Assembly (NCBI GenBank): GCA_013265495.1
Contig: MU058153.1
Location: 436,001 to 500,000 of the forward strand
Direction of reading: 5' to 3'
Length of the DNA: 64,000 nt
Source of the DNA: Vicugna vicugna
Taxonomy: Eukaryota
Under the pieces are notes generated by a model. That model worked only from the letters and a program-made list of their open reading frames with translations. It did no database searches and was not told the DNA's origin. The translations under genes were made by a program, and so were the position numbers. Positions 10,398-24,811 of this stretch are shown here, piece after piece (the first letter of the stretch is position 1; every line of letters begins with the position of its first letter).

Positions 10398-10562
10398 AAT
10401 GATCCAGCAATCCCACTCCTGGTCATATATCTGGCAGGAACTCTAATTGGAAAAGATACATGCACCCCAGTGTTCATAGCAGCACTATTTACAATAGCCA
10501 AGACCTGGAAGCAACCTAAATGTCCATCCATGGATGACTGGATAAAAAAGTTTTGGTATAAA
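10398..10562 (+). mobile_element. Young LINE-1 ORF2 C-terminal fragment with no 3' UTR or poly(A)
   Basis: Translates DPAIPLLVIY...[29 protein letters not shown]; very similar to the copies at 12.1 and 20.0 kb. Confidence 0.9.
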
Positions 10563-11617
10563 TAGGTTTACATGATAATCTGTATAAGAGCGTAAGATTA
10601 AAATTTACCCCAATTCCTTGTTTAAGGGACATATTTATTAAAACATTTTTTTTTTCAAGCAGTTAATCAGACTGAAGCCTTGAAATTTCGTCAGTGATCG
10701 AGGAAAGTATGTGCACATAAATGCCTTTGCTTGTCCTAGTATTCAGTTGAGATATTTAGTTTATTTTAGAGCTACCTGGATCATTGTGAATGAGAGAGCC
10801 ATTTCATGTCATTTCTACTGCAAGTATCAATAAAGATTTCTGAGAAGTTGTCGGCCTCTGAAAAACTTATTTAGAGCTCCATCCATTTTACAGTTATCTC
10901 CTCCAAGATATGTGTACCTGTTGAGGAGACCGGAGTGCAGGACTGAAGCAGTGAGCACTGCGCTGAGAGGAACCAATAAAAGAGCCTACAGAGACACGTT
11001 CATCTATCCATCTACATATACTACATTTAGAGTCATTTTGGTTCCACCTTATGAATTCACTGAATCTACAGATATTTACTTAATGGCAGGCACTGTGCTG
11101 AGCACCAAGGCTATCCAAGAAGCAAAGAAGGCCCCTGTTTTATAAAGCTAACTCTAGTAGTTATTTTAAAAGGAAAGAGGAGGACGGTGCTCAGCCTGGA
11201 ATGGAAGGAGGACATACCTCTGTCAGCTCGCAGCTCATAAAAAAAATATCTATGAGCTCCTGCTATAGAGATAAATAAACTGTTTGTGACATTATAGTTC
11301 ACATTTTACAATGTCTGTTCACATATGTTTGACCATGATCTTTTGTGAACCCATTCCAATTACCTTGAGAGATAAGAAAATTGAGACTAGGCGTACAATA
11401 AAAAGCTGCTATCTGGCAGGAAGATTTAAATTTATCCTCTTGACCGCAAGAATCAAGATGAAGAGTGGAAGCTACCCAGAAATAAATGGGTATGTCTGAG
11501 AATGCTGTGCGTTGTTCCATCTCAGGAGGGTGTACGTTCTAACATCAGGGGAGCACACACCCTTCCAGATTCCTTCCACTCTGGGACCCTAATCCCATAT
11601 GTATCCTTTCCAAGATC

Positions 11618-11790
11618 CCAGTGGTTTTCAAACTTCTGTGTGCTTCATGATGACTTAATGGAGCTTGATAAAAATAGGAATGCCTGGACCCAACTAGAAC
11701 CACACGAAGTAGTATCAGTGGGAGCTGGGACTCTCTTTCATGAAGTACAGGATCTTCCCGATGTGAACCAAAGTTTGGGACACTTTACTA
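11618..11790. mobile_element. MER5-like hAT-Charlie MITE
   Basis: Termini cagtggttttcaaact ... aagtttgggacact. Confidence 0.55.
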
Positions 11791-11859
11791 CATCAGATTT
11801 TTTTTTTAGCCTATGCTTAAAGAAGCACTTTAAAGTAGTGGATTTTAAAATTTTTTATT

Positions 11860-12000
11860 AACCCTTTTTTTCTTGTTGGAGTAAGAGCACTTCACCTGAG
11901 ACTCTACCCTCTTCACAAATTTTTAGGTGTACCGTAGAGTATTATTAACCATGGGCACAGTGTTGTGCAGCAGATCTCCAGAATTTATTCTTTGACTGAG
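11860..12000 (-). mobile_element. Older LINE-1 3' UTR fragment
   Basis: tctaccctcttcacaaattttaggtgtac...cacagtgttgtgcagcagatctccagaatttattc. Confidence 0.7.
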
Positions 12001-12025
12001 AAACACAATAAGAAGTTAAGATCCA

Positions 12026-12802
12026 AAATGTTGGAGAGGGTGTGGAGAAAAAGGAACCCTCCTACACTGTTGGTAGGAATGCAGTTTGGTGCAGCCATTG
12101 TGGAAAACAATATGGAAATTCCTCAAAGGGCTAAAAATAGACTTACCATATGATCCAGCATTCCCACTCCTGGGCATATATCCAGAAGGAACCCTAATTC
12201 AAAAAGATACCTGCACCCCAATGTTCACAGCAGCACTATTTACAATAGCCAAGACATGGAAACAACCTAAATGTCCATCGACAGATGACAGGATAAAGAA
12301 GTTGTGGTATATTTATACAGGGGAATATTATTCAGCCATGAAAATGACAACACAGTGCTATTTGCAGCAAGATGGGTTTCCTTGGAGAATGTCATTCTAA
12401 GTAAAATAAGCCAGAAAGAGAAAGAAAAATACCATATGATATCACTTATATGGGGAATCTAAAGAAAAAAAGAAGACAAATGAACTTAAATATAAAACAG
12501 AAACAGACTCACAGACAGAATACAAACTTGTGGTTGCCAAGTGGGGAAGAGGGTGGGAAGTGACAGACTGGGAGTTCAAGATTTATAGATACTGACAGGT
12601 ATGTATAGAATAGATAAACAAGTTTTTAATGTATAGCACAGGGAACTATATTCAAGATCTTGTGGTAGCTCACAGTGAAAAAGAATATGAAAATGAATAT
12701 ATATATATATTCATGTATGACTGAAAAATTGTGCTGTACACCAGAAACTGACACAACATTGTTAACTGAGTATAATACAATAAAAAAACAAAAAATATAA
12801 AA
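12026..12802 (+). mobile_element. 5'-truncated lineage-specific LINE-1 (end of ORF2, 3' UTR, A-tail)
   Basis: ORF2 C-terminus in ORF 12086-12400; A-rich tail; degenerate TSD aagaagttaagatcca (12010-12025) / aagacgttacaatcca (12803-12818). Confidence 0.95.
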
Positions 12803-13389
12803 AAGACGTTACAATCCATACGTAAGTAAATAACAGAATAGTCATTTTCCATAGCAGTACTTATCTCGACTACATATGATGAAACCTAATCTTTACTTCT
12901 GCATTTTATAAATGCAAATTGTGCTTCAATAAATTAATGTCACTTACCCCTAATGGACCATGACCCACATTTTGAAAAATACACTTTTAGAGAGATGGCC
13001 TCAGAACTTGAAGATAGAAATCCACAGACCCCATTTAAGCCAGAACAGCCTGGTAGCTAATTCCCTTTCTCTCTCTCATTCTCTGTGGATTTTTTTTTCA
13101 ATTTTATATTCTGTTCTACTTAAGATTTTATATAAAGAAAGTATTCCTTAGATTTAAAAAAAAAACATTTTTAAACTCTTCTAGACATAGCAAGCTCCCT
13201 ATTAGAGGCTTGGCCCTAAAGGAGATAAGACTAATGAGTAAAACACTATCTCTGCCCTCAAGTTGCTTATGATATAATTGATGAGCTGTGACTAATCCAT
13301 GTGAAGCAAATAGTAGATTATTAAGTGCTAGGGAGATATGGCAGAATACCAAAAATATCTCAGGCCTGGGAGTTAAGGCATTTGATTAG

Positions 13390-14070
13390 AAATAATTGTT
13401 CAGCTCTCACTGTGTGCCAGGCTTTGTTCTAGGCATTGGAATATAATGGTGAATAAGACATGGTGTCTGCCTTCAAGGAGCTGACAGTCTGGAGGGAAAA
13501 TTAGAAAGAAAGAGGCTTTGACACCCAGTTGTGATCAGTGCTAAAAAAGAAGTACACGGGTTACCACGGAAGAACCCGTTGCCTGTCGAACAGGTGAGGA
13601 AGAAGGGACTTCTGATCTTGGAGATGTAAATTGGAGCTAATGGGGAGGAGATACCTGGGTAGAAGGAGCAGAGTCCCAGGGGAAGGGGCTCAGGAGCACG
13701 TGGTCCGGCCCTGGGGGAAGTGCACGTAGTTTAGGAAGTCTGGAGGGCGAGGGGAGGGTGAGAGGGCTGATGGGAAAGAAGTTAGCAGGATATGTACGGG
13801 ACTCGGCCTTGAATGCCATGTGAAATAATTTCCTCTATCATCTACTGAGTGCTTTGGAAGAGTCATTCAAGTGTTGCTACCAGCCAGAGTCAAGATTAGA
13901 TACGCACTTGAGGAAAAGTGCTTGGACTCATGGATGGAAACTGGAGAAGGGTTCAGTGGGTTGCAGGGAGTTAAGACAGGACTGTGCTGCAGTATTAAGT
14001 AAGAGGAAATTAAGACATAAACTGGGCCGCGGGCAGTGTGACCAGAGCTGAAGAGTGAAAAAATGAAACT
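13390..14070 (-). mobile_element. LINE-2 fragment
   Basis: cactgtgtgccaggctttgttctaggcattgg...gaataagacatgg...ctgccttcaaggagctgacagtct. Confidence 0.7.
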
Positions 14071-14909
14071 ATAATTACTACAGGACCTGATGATTGACTT
14101 AAATTCTAATTTTGCTGCTAACTAGAAGTAATATTTTAGGTAAGTCATTTAACTTCAGGTTTTCCCATGATTAAAATGACAATATTAGAAAATATATTCT
14201 CAAAGTGTTATTTCCCTGCTTAAAATGTCTGAAGTTATAACATTTTCTAATATTTACCCTGATTAAGGAGAAAGATGGGTAGGAGTGACCAAGATAAAAA
14301 TGGTCAATTGTTTGGTCCTGAAAAATGTTGGCTCATATTTTAGATATTTATTAAAATGGGTGTGAGACTTGAAAAAAAATAGCAGACTTAAGATATATTA
14401 AATGTAATTTATTAAATAAACTTGAATGTGTCACTTTACATACAATTACAGGTGGAAGAACATATTTCTTCCCACTCTGTAGCTCCTTTTCCAGAGCTGT
14501 CTGAGTTCATTCTTTTCCTGACTTCCTCACTGGAAGCTGACTGCATTTTGAGCCTTGTACTGCTAGTGTCTGATTTTCTGTACTCTGATATTCTCCTCTA
14601 AATACATGTGTTGTGGTTGTTGGATAATTTGTAGCTCACTGTAGATATTAACATTGCTTGTTTCTGGTAGCTGACTAATGTGCTTATTTTAGGTAGCTCA
14701 TTCCTTTGATGGTAAAGATTATGTGCTGAGAGATATTGAGTGCCAATTTTGTGGAAAGATATTGCTTATGCTAATTCATTTGCCTAGGCATTAAATTTGG
14801 TGCATTTACAGTTCAGCAAGATCACTTGGTTTTTCTATTATGGTGCAACAGGAAATAGATTTCTATAGAGTTCTGACTATTATTAAGGGTTATAGGAGCT
14901 AGGAGGTAG

Positions 14910-15100
14910 TAATAATAATAGTAGTAATAATCACTACCATTCATTAAGTGCTCACTGTGTGCCAGGAGTTACTCCAAGTTGGGTTTTTCTGGATAAATTT
15001 TTTGCATACATTTTCTCGTATAATCCTTTCAGCCCTCTGGAGGGGAGATACATTTCAGTTCCCATTTAAAGATGAGAAAACTCAAGCCCATGAGCTCACC
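14910..15100 (-). mobile_element. MIR SINE
   Basis: aataataatagtag...gctcactgtgtgccagg...cccatttaaagatgagaaaactcaagc. Confidence 0.6.
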
Positions 15101-16446
15101 TTCCTGTGTAGGTTCAGGATTTCAAGGAACGGTCTCACTTTTATATGCTTCCTCCTCCTCCTCTTATTTTTCCTCTTCTCTCCTTCTGCCTCATTCTCTC
15201 TCTCATATCTCTCTCCCTCTCTCCTTCAAGTTATTCTTCTTTCTCTCCGTCCTTCTTAATTAGAATGAACAATAACAGCACACAATGGCATAGAATATTT
15301 ATGTGAATTAGTTAGGGTGAAATAATTAAAAGGCGCAATTAAAAATGAACGGGATCCAATAGCCCATTGAAGTGCCTTTGGCTTTCAGTATGTAAAGTGT
15401 AGATAAGACCCTGGGGGGGTTCTTTTGTTTTCTCCCTCTGTCTCATTATTTTCTCCCCTTCCTCCTCCACTGCGACTGCTACTTTTACTGCTGCTTCTAT
15501 TCTCTCCCTGTCTCCCTCCCCTTCCTTGCAGGTTTTGTCTTTAGGAGTGAGCACACTGCCTCAGGCATCACCCAGCAGGACACCCTGTAAGGGCTATCAC
15601 ACAGAGCTTTAGATGGATTAACTGTGATGCTGGGAATCTCAGGGTGTTGACTGAGGACGAATGGGGCTATTTTGGATACAGAACACAATTACAGAGTCCA
15701 CATTGGCGGAGTTTCACAAACAACCTTGACTTTTAATTTTCAACCTATGTTATATCCAGGTCAAAATGTATCTGTTTACAGGCACCTGAGAGCAAATAGA
15801 TGGTTTCTCACTTCTAGATCCCACTCCTAGAGCCTCTAGCAAAAATCCCCATGTCTTTTCTAAGGTGGTAAGAATACAGGCTCTGATCTGGATATGTTGT
15901 TTCATCCGGACCAGATTTACCATGGTCCGAGTATTTGCCCCCTGGCTTCCCCAAATTAAATTCTACCATCAGATAAGTTTGTTTGCCCTTAACTGTAAAA
16001 AGATTGGTCTTTCATCAAATGCAATTATGCCAAAGATGAATGACTTCAAAAGCTGAGAATTAAGACATCAAGCCCAGGCAAGCTGGCTGGATGTCAACTG
16101 AGAGTCATTCTAATACAAGGAAGCAGGGAGGGAGCGGGAGGCTGCGGGGGGCTGCCTCTCAGAACTGGAGCTACGATGGAAGCACAGTGCTGAGGATGAG
16201 ACGGAGAGGAAGGGAGCTGTCCAGTGAGACAGCAAACGTCCCAGCTGATCACAGGAGGCTCCATGTCCAGGGTTGACTTTAAGTCAGGCTTTTGTTTGCT
16301 TTTTAACATGGCTTTTCAAAGAATCAAGCCGAACCCAGAAAAGAGAGAATCAGTTTGTTTGTAGGACTAAGACTGAGGCCCTGAGGAGTAGACCGTTTTA
16401 CCTGTTAGTGTTGGAATGATCGTAGGGTCGTATCATGCAGGGAGAC

Positions 16447-16789
16447 ATCTCAGTCTGTATGGACGGCTATCACAAAACACTGTAGACTGGGCAGCTTATA
16501 AAAGCCAGCAATGTATTTCTTACAGTTCTGGAGGCGGGATGTGTGAGAAGGTGCCAGCTTGCCTGGGTGAGAGCCTTCTTCCTGATTCCAACCAGCACCT
16601 TCTTACACAGTAGAAGGGGCAGGGGAACAATCTACGGTCTCTTTGATAAGATCACTAATCCCGTTCTTCAGCTCTGCTCCCCAAAACTAATCACCACCAA
16701 AGGCCCCACCTACTAGTACCATAATCCTTGGGGGTTAGGATTTCAACATATGAATTTGGGTGGGGGACACAAACATTTAAACTTTAGGA
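16447..16789 (-). mobile_element. MLT1A-like MaLR solo LTR
   Basis: tctcagtctg...tatttcttacagttctggagg...gggggttaggatttcaacatatgaatttggg...ggacacaaacatt. Confidence 0.8.
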
Positions 16790-16819
16790 GAGTCCAGTTG
16801 CTTAAGTTTAAAATCAAGC

Positions 16820-16965
16820 ACTGTGATTTACAGCTGTCTACATTTGTGCGGGTGACTTAACCTCTCCAAGCCTCAGTTTCTTCATCTGTAAAATGGAATC
16901 AATAAAAACACTCACCTGTATAGATTTAAGCAAGATTACTAATGTAAAGTAGCAGATATAATGAC
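16820..16965 (+). mobile_element. MIR SINE
   Basis: MIR core gtgacttaacctctccaagcctcagtttcttcatctgtaaaatgg. Confidence 0.75.
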
Positions 16966-19256
16966 TAAAAAAATGTTGCTTCTGATTGTTTTCATTAAAC
17001 TGTTATGCTCAGAAGTAAAGAATTCAGGATTTGCTAAGATGGAAATAAAACACAGTCGCCATATTGTGTAATGTACTTCGCTCTGACTAAGCTATGCTCT
17101 CCTCAAGCTAGCTACCGCAAAGTGTCTTCTGAAATAGGTTCTTGGATCTTAGTTTAAAGGAACTTTGTAAGTGCAAATATAGTCCTACATATAGTGTCTT
17201 CTGCCCTCTTCTGGCTTCTACAAGAAATTCAATAAACTAAGTAGAAAGTGCATTTTAAAAATTTTATTTTTAGTGGACACCCACAGTTTACCACGTCTCT
17301 CAGTTCTAGATGAGATCTGTAATATTTTGTATGAAGATGGGAGATACCAGAACCTTTGAGATTTTTTCAGTTTGCTTTTGAGATGGAGAATTCATTCTGT
17401 TATTTTATTCAATCATATTCTTCTAGTGCCATTCTACATATTGTAACTACTAACTAAATAATTTAACAGTGTCACAAATTATTGCTGAGGCTTAAGTCTG
17501 AGGTCATTAGAATTCCTGACATAATTAATCAGATGTTTAAAATAGAACCGGCATGCGAGAAACTTTGATTATAGAAAAAGCCTGAGGCTAAAATTCCCAC
17601 TTCTATTAGAGACTGTATTGGATTTTAACTCATTTTCTTCCAGCCTTTAACAAATAAGTAAAAGCATAATTTGTAAAGGTAGGGCAGTTCAGGCAGACTG
17701 ACACCTGGGGCTCTCCATTTTTATTTCAGATGCACTGTGGATTGCGTACCAGTTTGCGGTGCCTTTGAAAGGCAGTATTTGAACTTATCTGCACAATCTC
17801 ACACCCAGCCAGAGGTGTCATGGCATGGCAATAGATTTCCTATTAAAATGTGATGCCAAAATAGACGTTTGTGTTGGTCAATACAAGGGAGCCAGAGGAC
17901 AGCTTGCTGTGATGGGATGGGTCACGGTCGGCAGAGATCAACTTCCTGAAAGATCCAGTGCTAAGGGCAGGCTCACGCATCTCAGGGCTTCCTGCAGTTG
18001 GAAAAGATTAGCTAGACAGAATGAAAGGAACGTTGGAGGGGAAGCCCAGTTGTCGTGAAGAGAAGAGAGGAACAAATGACTGAAGATGAAAGCAGCAGAG
18101 CATTTGTGACGTCAGCTGCAGGTTTTCCGTTGCCATCTTAGGTTGTGTAATTCAGGGGTTGTCAGAGCCATAATCCAGACTGCTGTTTCCCAACCAATTC
18201 CCCAGGTACTAATCTTTGGAATTTATGTTTCCCAGATGACTGTATCCACAAACAACTAAACTCCTTCACAGCAAGAAGCCTTGCTTAGTCATTAAAACAT
18301 ATTACTAGTCATAAGAATAAGCAGGTACAAACAGTCTATCCAGTTTGAACAAAGGAGAAGCATGGGAGGATTTCCCTTATAAATTTTAAAACGTATTAAA
18401 AGAATGCAGTACTTAGAAGTATTTTCCTAACTCCCCAAACTGCAGACAAAATAATGGAAAAAGACATCAGATTAAGAGACAAATGCTAGCCTCTGACAAA
18501 TATGATATAAACTCAGAAGGAAGTAGTGTTTCTCAATATGACTGAGATAATTGCTTAAAAATTTAGGAGAAACTATTAAAGCTTTAAATAACATCACATG
18601 ACAAAATTTATTTCAGGAAGATTACAGAGTTAAGTGTATTTTAAAAGTAGAATCATGAAAGAACCATTAAATGCATATTGTTGTATGTATATGAGGCCCT
18701 ATTTTAATGCCCTGAAAATGACTTTTTTATTGATAATTATTGACAAAGGAATATAGTTGTGTGATCCAGAATTTTTAGTTGCAAAAAAAACCCCAGAAAG
18801 CTCTCTAGCTAGTTAAAGTACAAAGGGAATTTACTAAAGGATATCAGATCACTGAAACTCTAGGAGTTAGATTATTATGACTTGAGACCATGCAGCCAAG
18901 GAAAATGCCGGATCCATGCTGTGTGATGGGTGCAGACGCAATCCCACCATCTCTAAACAGGAGGTTTTCCCTTAGACTCTGACAGTGGGCTCTACCACTG
19001 AGCCACTGCCACAGCAGCTCCTGAAAGCTCCATGCCTCCTGGTAATGCTATGCCAAGAAATGGATTCCATGTGGAGTCTCTTTCCTTAGGTCACCCTCTT
19101 CCCAGTGGGAGACTGAAGCTTCAGATGCGTGTTACTGACAGAGCCTGGATCATCTAGGCCATGACCCAGGCTGGAAAAGTGAATTGGCTTCTCCCTTGGA
19201 TTAGTAGGACTCATGATGCAGAGATTGCTTCAACTATAGTTAAGATGTTGAGAAGA

Positions 19257-20621
19257 GAATGTACAATGGAAAAAATACAGCCTCTTCAGCAAGTGGTGTT
19301 GGGAAAGCTGGACAGCTGCATGTAAATCAGTGAAGTTAGAACACTCCCTCACACCATCCATAAAAGTAAACTCAAAATGGTTTAAAGACTTACACATAAG
19401 ACAAGCCCTCCTAGAAGAGAACATAGGCAAAACATTCTCTGAGATAAACTGTAGCAATGTTTTCCTAGGTCAGTCTACCAAGGTAAGAGAAATAAAAGCA
19501 AAAGTAAATAAATGGGACCTAACTAAACTTGTAAACTTTTGCCCAGCAAAGGAAATCATAAAAAAAAAATGAAAAGACAGCCTACTGACTGAGAAAATAT
19601 TTGCAAACTATGTACTGACAAGGGCTTAACTTCTAGAATATACAAACAGCTCGTACAATTCAGTAACAACAACAAAATATACAACCCAATCAGAAAAAGT
19701 GCAGAAGACCTAAACAGACATTTTTCCAATAAAGACATACAGATGGCCAAAAGGCACATGAAAAAATGCTCAATACTGCTAATTATCAGAGAAATGCAAA
19801 TCAAACTACAGTGAGGTATCACACTAATCAGAATGGCCATCATTAAAAAAGTCCACAAATGATTAATGCTGGAGAGGATGTAGAGAAAAGGGAACCATCC
19901 TACACTGTTGATGGAAATGTAATTTGGTGCAGCCACTATGGAAAAGAATATGGAGATTCCTTAGAAAACTAAAAATAGGCTTACCATATGATCCAGCAAT
20001 TGCACTCCTGGGCATATATCTGGAGGGAACTCTAACTGGAAAAGACACATGGACCCCAATGTTCATAGCAGCACTGTTTACAATAGCCAAGACTTGGAAG
20101 CAACCTAAATGTTCAACAGCAGATGACTGGATAAAGAAGTTGTGGTATATGTATACAATGGAATACTACTCAGCCATAAAAAAGAATGAAATAATGCCAT
20201 TTGCAGTAACATGGATGGACCTAGAGATGATCATACTAAGTGAAATAATACAGACAGAGAAAGACAAATGCCATATATCACTTGTATGTGGAGTCTAAAA
20301 AAATAACACAAATGAACTTATTTATAAAACAGAAATAGACTCACAGACATAGAAAACAAATTTATGGTTACCAAAGGGGGAAGGGGAGAGAAAGGTTAAA
20401 TTAGGAGTTTGGGATTAGCAGATACAAACTACTATATACAAAATAGATAAAGAACAAGGTCCTCCTACCTATATATCACAGGGAACTATACTCAATAGCT
20501 TGTAATAAACTACAATGAAAAAGAACATGAAAAAAATATATATACATGTATGTATAACTAAATCACTATGCTGTGCACTAGAAACTAATACAATGTTTTA
20601 AATCAACTATACACCAATAAA
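19257..20621 (+). mobile_element. 5'-truncated lineage-specific LINE-1 (disrupted 3' third of ORF2, 3' UTR, A-tail)
   Basis: ORF2 peptides in ORFs 19330-19572 and 19924-20298; TSD aagatgttgagaaga (19242-19256) / aaaatgttgagaaga (20622-20636). Confidence 0.95.
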
Positions 20622-23600
20622 AAAATGTTGAGAAGATGCTGGGGGCAATAAATATGACATATATTTCCTGCATGCTCACAACATGAATAAATGATACATG
20701 CAAAAGCTTTATACGTGCTATGAAGCCCATTTTTGAAAAGCAAATTCTATATCCATGCAGTGAAATAAAGAAGACTCTAAAGAATAAATGATAGCATTGC
20801 ATGTGGGAGACGCTGGTAGGTAGAATTTGGTATATTTTTTAGTATCATGATCATACGCTTGTGTTTTCTAAATTCTCCACAATACATATATATTACTTTA
20901 TTGAAAAAAGAAAAATTAGCAGAAATTGATACCCACAAAATTATTCTATAGCCAATGTAACCCAATATCTGATTTGGAATTGAAAGTAACAGTAGAATGT
21001 TTAAAACCAAAGTCCCTCTTTTTTCATGTGAGAAACTGAGGATAGGCTAGGATAAAGAGGCTTGTACAAGCTCATACACTCAGAAGATAGTGAAGCCAGG
21101 TCAGAAATCCATATTTGTTGGACTTTAAGATCAGGGATTTTTCCATTTCATCTTGGGTTTTTATATTGTATCTATGACAGTTGGACAAAATGTTAAAGGA
21201 TATTTGTCTTGTACTTCATGGCCAATGGATATATAATCCTCATTCCATGAGAATTTCCAGTTATTTTGGAATTTATCATGGAAGTCCCTATGAGGTGGAG
21301 AAGAGAATGCAGTATAAGTTAACCCAGCCTCTTCGTCCTGCCAGTGAGAGTAACTTTTGATTCCCTCTTTGATTCAGTTTTCTCAGCTGTGGAATGTGAA
21401 CTCAAAACACTAATGCTGCTTTGAGATAAGTTTATGAAAAGAACCACGAGCATGGAATGGCTCCAAATCAAGATGCTTACTTGCTTGGAAAGATGAAATC
21501 AATTTACTGTGTGAATTGCAAAGAAAGAACATCTCTTTCGAGTTGCAAAACGTATCAAAATTACCATATCTGGGAGAGAGAAATCTTTTTGTAAAGGGTG
21601 ATGTGTGGGGGAGTGAAGGAGAGATGAACAAGACAGTCACCGTCTTCTGGGTGATAATTAGCTTCCTGAGGGCTGGGGCCAGAGTCACTTTGCTTTTCCC
21701 AGTGCAAGCCCAGTGTCTAAACTGTAACCTGGGGCTCAGGGAAAGCTGAGATGTAGGTTATCTTTATACTGCATCTTTATAATAATTATGGCCTCTGATC
21801 TAGTGCTTGGTATTTGCCAGACATTGTGTGAGGTACTTAATGTCTTATTTCTGTCTTGAATGCTTTTTTGGGGGGGAGGGCGGGGAGAAAAACTGAAGAG
21901 ATTGACTAGAAGCTTACAGGGCATGTGCTCAGTTCACAATGACTCTCTATCTGGAAAATCTATCCCCAACTTGATCTACAATCTCCTTAGTGGTCATTTT
22001 TGTAAAACAGGAGCCTGTCTTCTGGTCACTGCAAATTGAGCCAGGATGGATATCTTTACTGAAACTGGGTCATTTTGATTCTTTCTCCCATGAATTTGCA
22101 AATGAAGTTAAGACTCTGAGGCTGTTAATAAGCCTCTGGAGGTGGCAAGAAGAGTAATATGCAAACTCCAGAATTCTGAGTCTCTAGAAAAAGAGAATGG
22201 AATGTGAAGCAGGTGCAGAGAAGGGGGAACAGATCAAAGGTAGAGTCTTGACATTTATCCCCAGTAAATGTTTTTACTTAAAACTCAGCTTCAAACTCCT
22301 GGATTCTAAGGCTATCGTCTCTTTGCTTAAGCTAACTAGAATTGGTTTTTGAAAGTTAGAATCTAGAATCTTGGTTATTACAGGGTATAAATAAAACATG
22401 TCCATTCATACATACATCCATGGAAATGTTATCTCTTATTCTCACAACACATCCAAAAGTGGGTATTGTCACCCCCATCTTACAGGTGAGCTCAGCAAGT
22501 GGAAGCAATTTCCCCCAACAATCTACTTAGATTAGTTAGAGCTGGTCTGAGGTTAGAATAGTTTAAAATCCTGTGATCTCCCTAGTGTCTATATCATGCC
22601 TGATCTAGATTTATTCATTTTTTAACATGCATTTGTGGAGATCTTGTTAAGGCCCAGGCACTATGTTTCTGTGGTTTCACCAGGGTTGCCAAGTAGTAGG
22701 AGATGTTTACATGGGGTTGCATCCGTTTGTGCCCATGTAGATGGCCAAAGGATGCTCAGCTCAATGTTAACGAATAATCTCTGAGACTCATTATTTACAC
22801 ACTGTACTTTCAGTAAAGAGAAAATTAAGGCGAGACCAGCTTTCAAAAGGAGGTGTCGGAGGCTTTTGGTATTACTAAAATCTTTTCATAACAAGCACTT
22901 ACTGAGCTACTGTGTGTATTTAAACTGGATCAGCTGCCACCTGGTGTGATTTTTGTCCTTGGTCTTCAGACAGAATGTGGCTGGGATTGTGCTCACTGGA
23001 CATGAGCGCCTGTTTTAGAATTTTTTTAAGTGATCTGAAGAAGATTTGATGCGTTGATGGTCTAGTAATATCTCAAACTTCCTATTAAACACAGAGAAGA
23101 TGTGTAACTTTCTCAAGGTCACAGAGCTATCTGGTTGCAGTGATGGGCTTGTCAGCTAGGAATACACTGCCAACAGAAATTATGTGGAATAATTTCTATT
23201 TCTTCTTATTCCTCCAAATAACAACACATGCCAATTAGATTCATGTCAGAACCATAATATAGTCTCCCCCCTCAATCTGTCTTTTCTGAATGAATGAAAG
23301 TAAAGGGGGAAAATTACAGGTTTTTATAGTTAGAATCTATAGTGCTTAGGATAGAGTAATAAAAGGACCTATATTAATTATATACATTGTGGCTTACTGT
23401 ATAATTCTACCTTCTTGTATTAGGACACAAAATTTCTCTAAATGCCATGATTTAAAAAAAGCACAATCATTAATGTCATTCTCAAATGTAATTATATTCT
23501 TTTTAAAAATGACAAGACTCATAGCACCTCAGTTTTTATAAGATACATGGTTCTATCTTTTGGAAAATACAAATAAAATATAAAATGTAAACAATGTGGT

Positions 23601-23689
23601 TGATAACTCTGGAAATGGAGATCATTCATGGTTTCTAATCTCAAGAGAGCTTCAGTGCATTATCATAACAAGAATTTTAAATAATAATA

Positions 23690-23930
23690 ATGACAACATT
23701 TAATACTTATAGAGTACTTACTGTGACCAGGCAGTGCTCTAAATGCTCTACGTGTCTCAATTCAGTTGTCAGAATCACCTGTTCACCTGTGAGGTGGCTG
23801 TATTGGTATTTCACTTAACAGATGAGGAAAATGAAGCACAGAGATTACTAAGTGATTGGGCTCCAGTATTTATCAGCTACTTTCTAGGTAAGGAGATAGG
23901 TCCGTCCCACCCTTGGTCTTTGAATGCAGC
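23690..23930 (-). mobile_element. MIR SINE
   Basis: acttactgtgaccaggcagtgctctaaatgct...acagatgaggaaaatgaagcacagaga. Confidence 0.7.
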
Positions 23931-24811
23931 CCTCATATATATCACACCTAAATGGTTAAGCAGTTTTTCCTGACGAGGCTCCAACCATACTTGGCTTGAA
24001 CTGTTTTCTCCCTCCTTTTGCCAAGTGAACCCCCTTCAAAACTTCAAGGCTCATAAAAAACACACTCCCTTTTACAAGTTTTTCTTCTAACAAACTTCCA
24101 TTTTTTCTTCATTCATATTCCCCTGACCTTTTTTTTCATAATGCCTGCACCCTAATTTGGAACGTCATCAACTGCCTGACTCCTCCGAAGGACAAGTTTT
24201 ATTTACCACGTTATGAATCCCTTTGGTACTGGACACTCCTCCCTTCATAAGACTTTTCCTCTCTAGACTTTCAAAACACATCCTCTACAGCTGCTTCTCT
24301 TGATTTTCTGGTTGTTCCAGCTCAATATTCATAATGTTCCCCTCTCTGTTTGCTTATTAAATGATGGAAGTCCATGACCGAGATCCCCAAATAAGATCTA
24401 ACATCCAAATGGTTGTTAGGTCTTGTTTTAGGATCTCAGTAGATATTAGCTGAATAATTCAGCCTTATGAAGTCTAGCTCTGCCTGTTACGGCTCATGAA
24501 CTAGCATGGGCTTAGGCGTTTCTAATCAGGTCTAATGCCGTGCTTTCTATTATTGTACTGTTTTCTTTCCTCATTCTTTGTTCTCTGGATGAGTCACTTT
24601 TTACAGAGTATCACATACAGACACACACACAGGACAGTGGGATGTCACGCACTAGATTGGGTGCTGGGTCACTGGTGGTACCTTCAAGACAATTATCTAG
24701 GTGAGGGAACCAGCTTGTACTATCTTCTCTGTCTTCTTCAATCTCCATTTCATTTTCACACTCATGCCACAGTTCTTTGGAAAATATCTAACTGTCCCTA
24801 GTCAAAATTCT

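Noticed and set aside
19556..20090. Minus-strand ORFs of 75-126 aa
   Set aside because: Antisense translations of LINE-1 ORF2.
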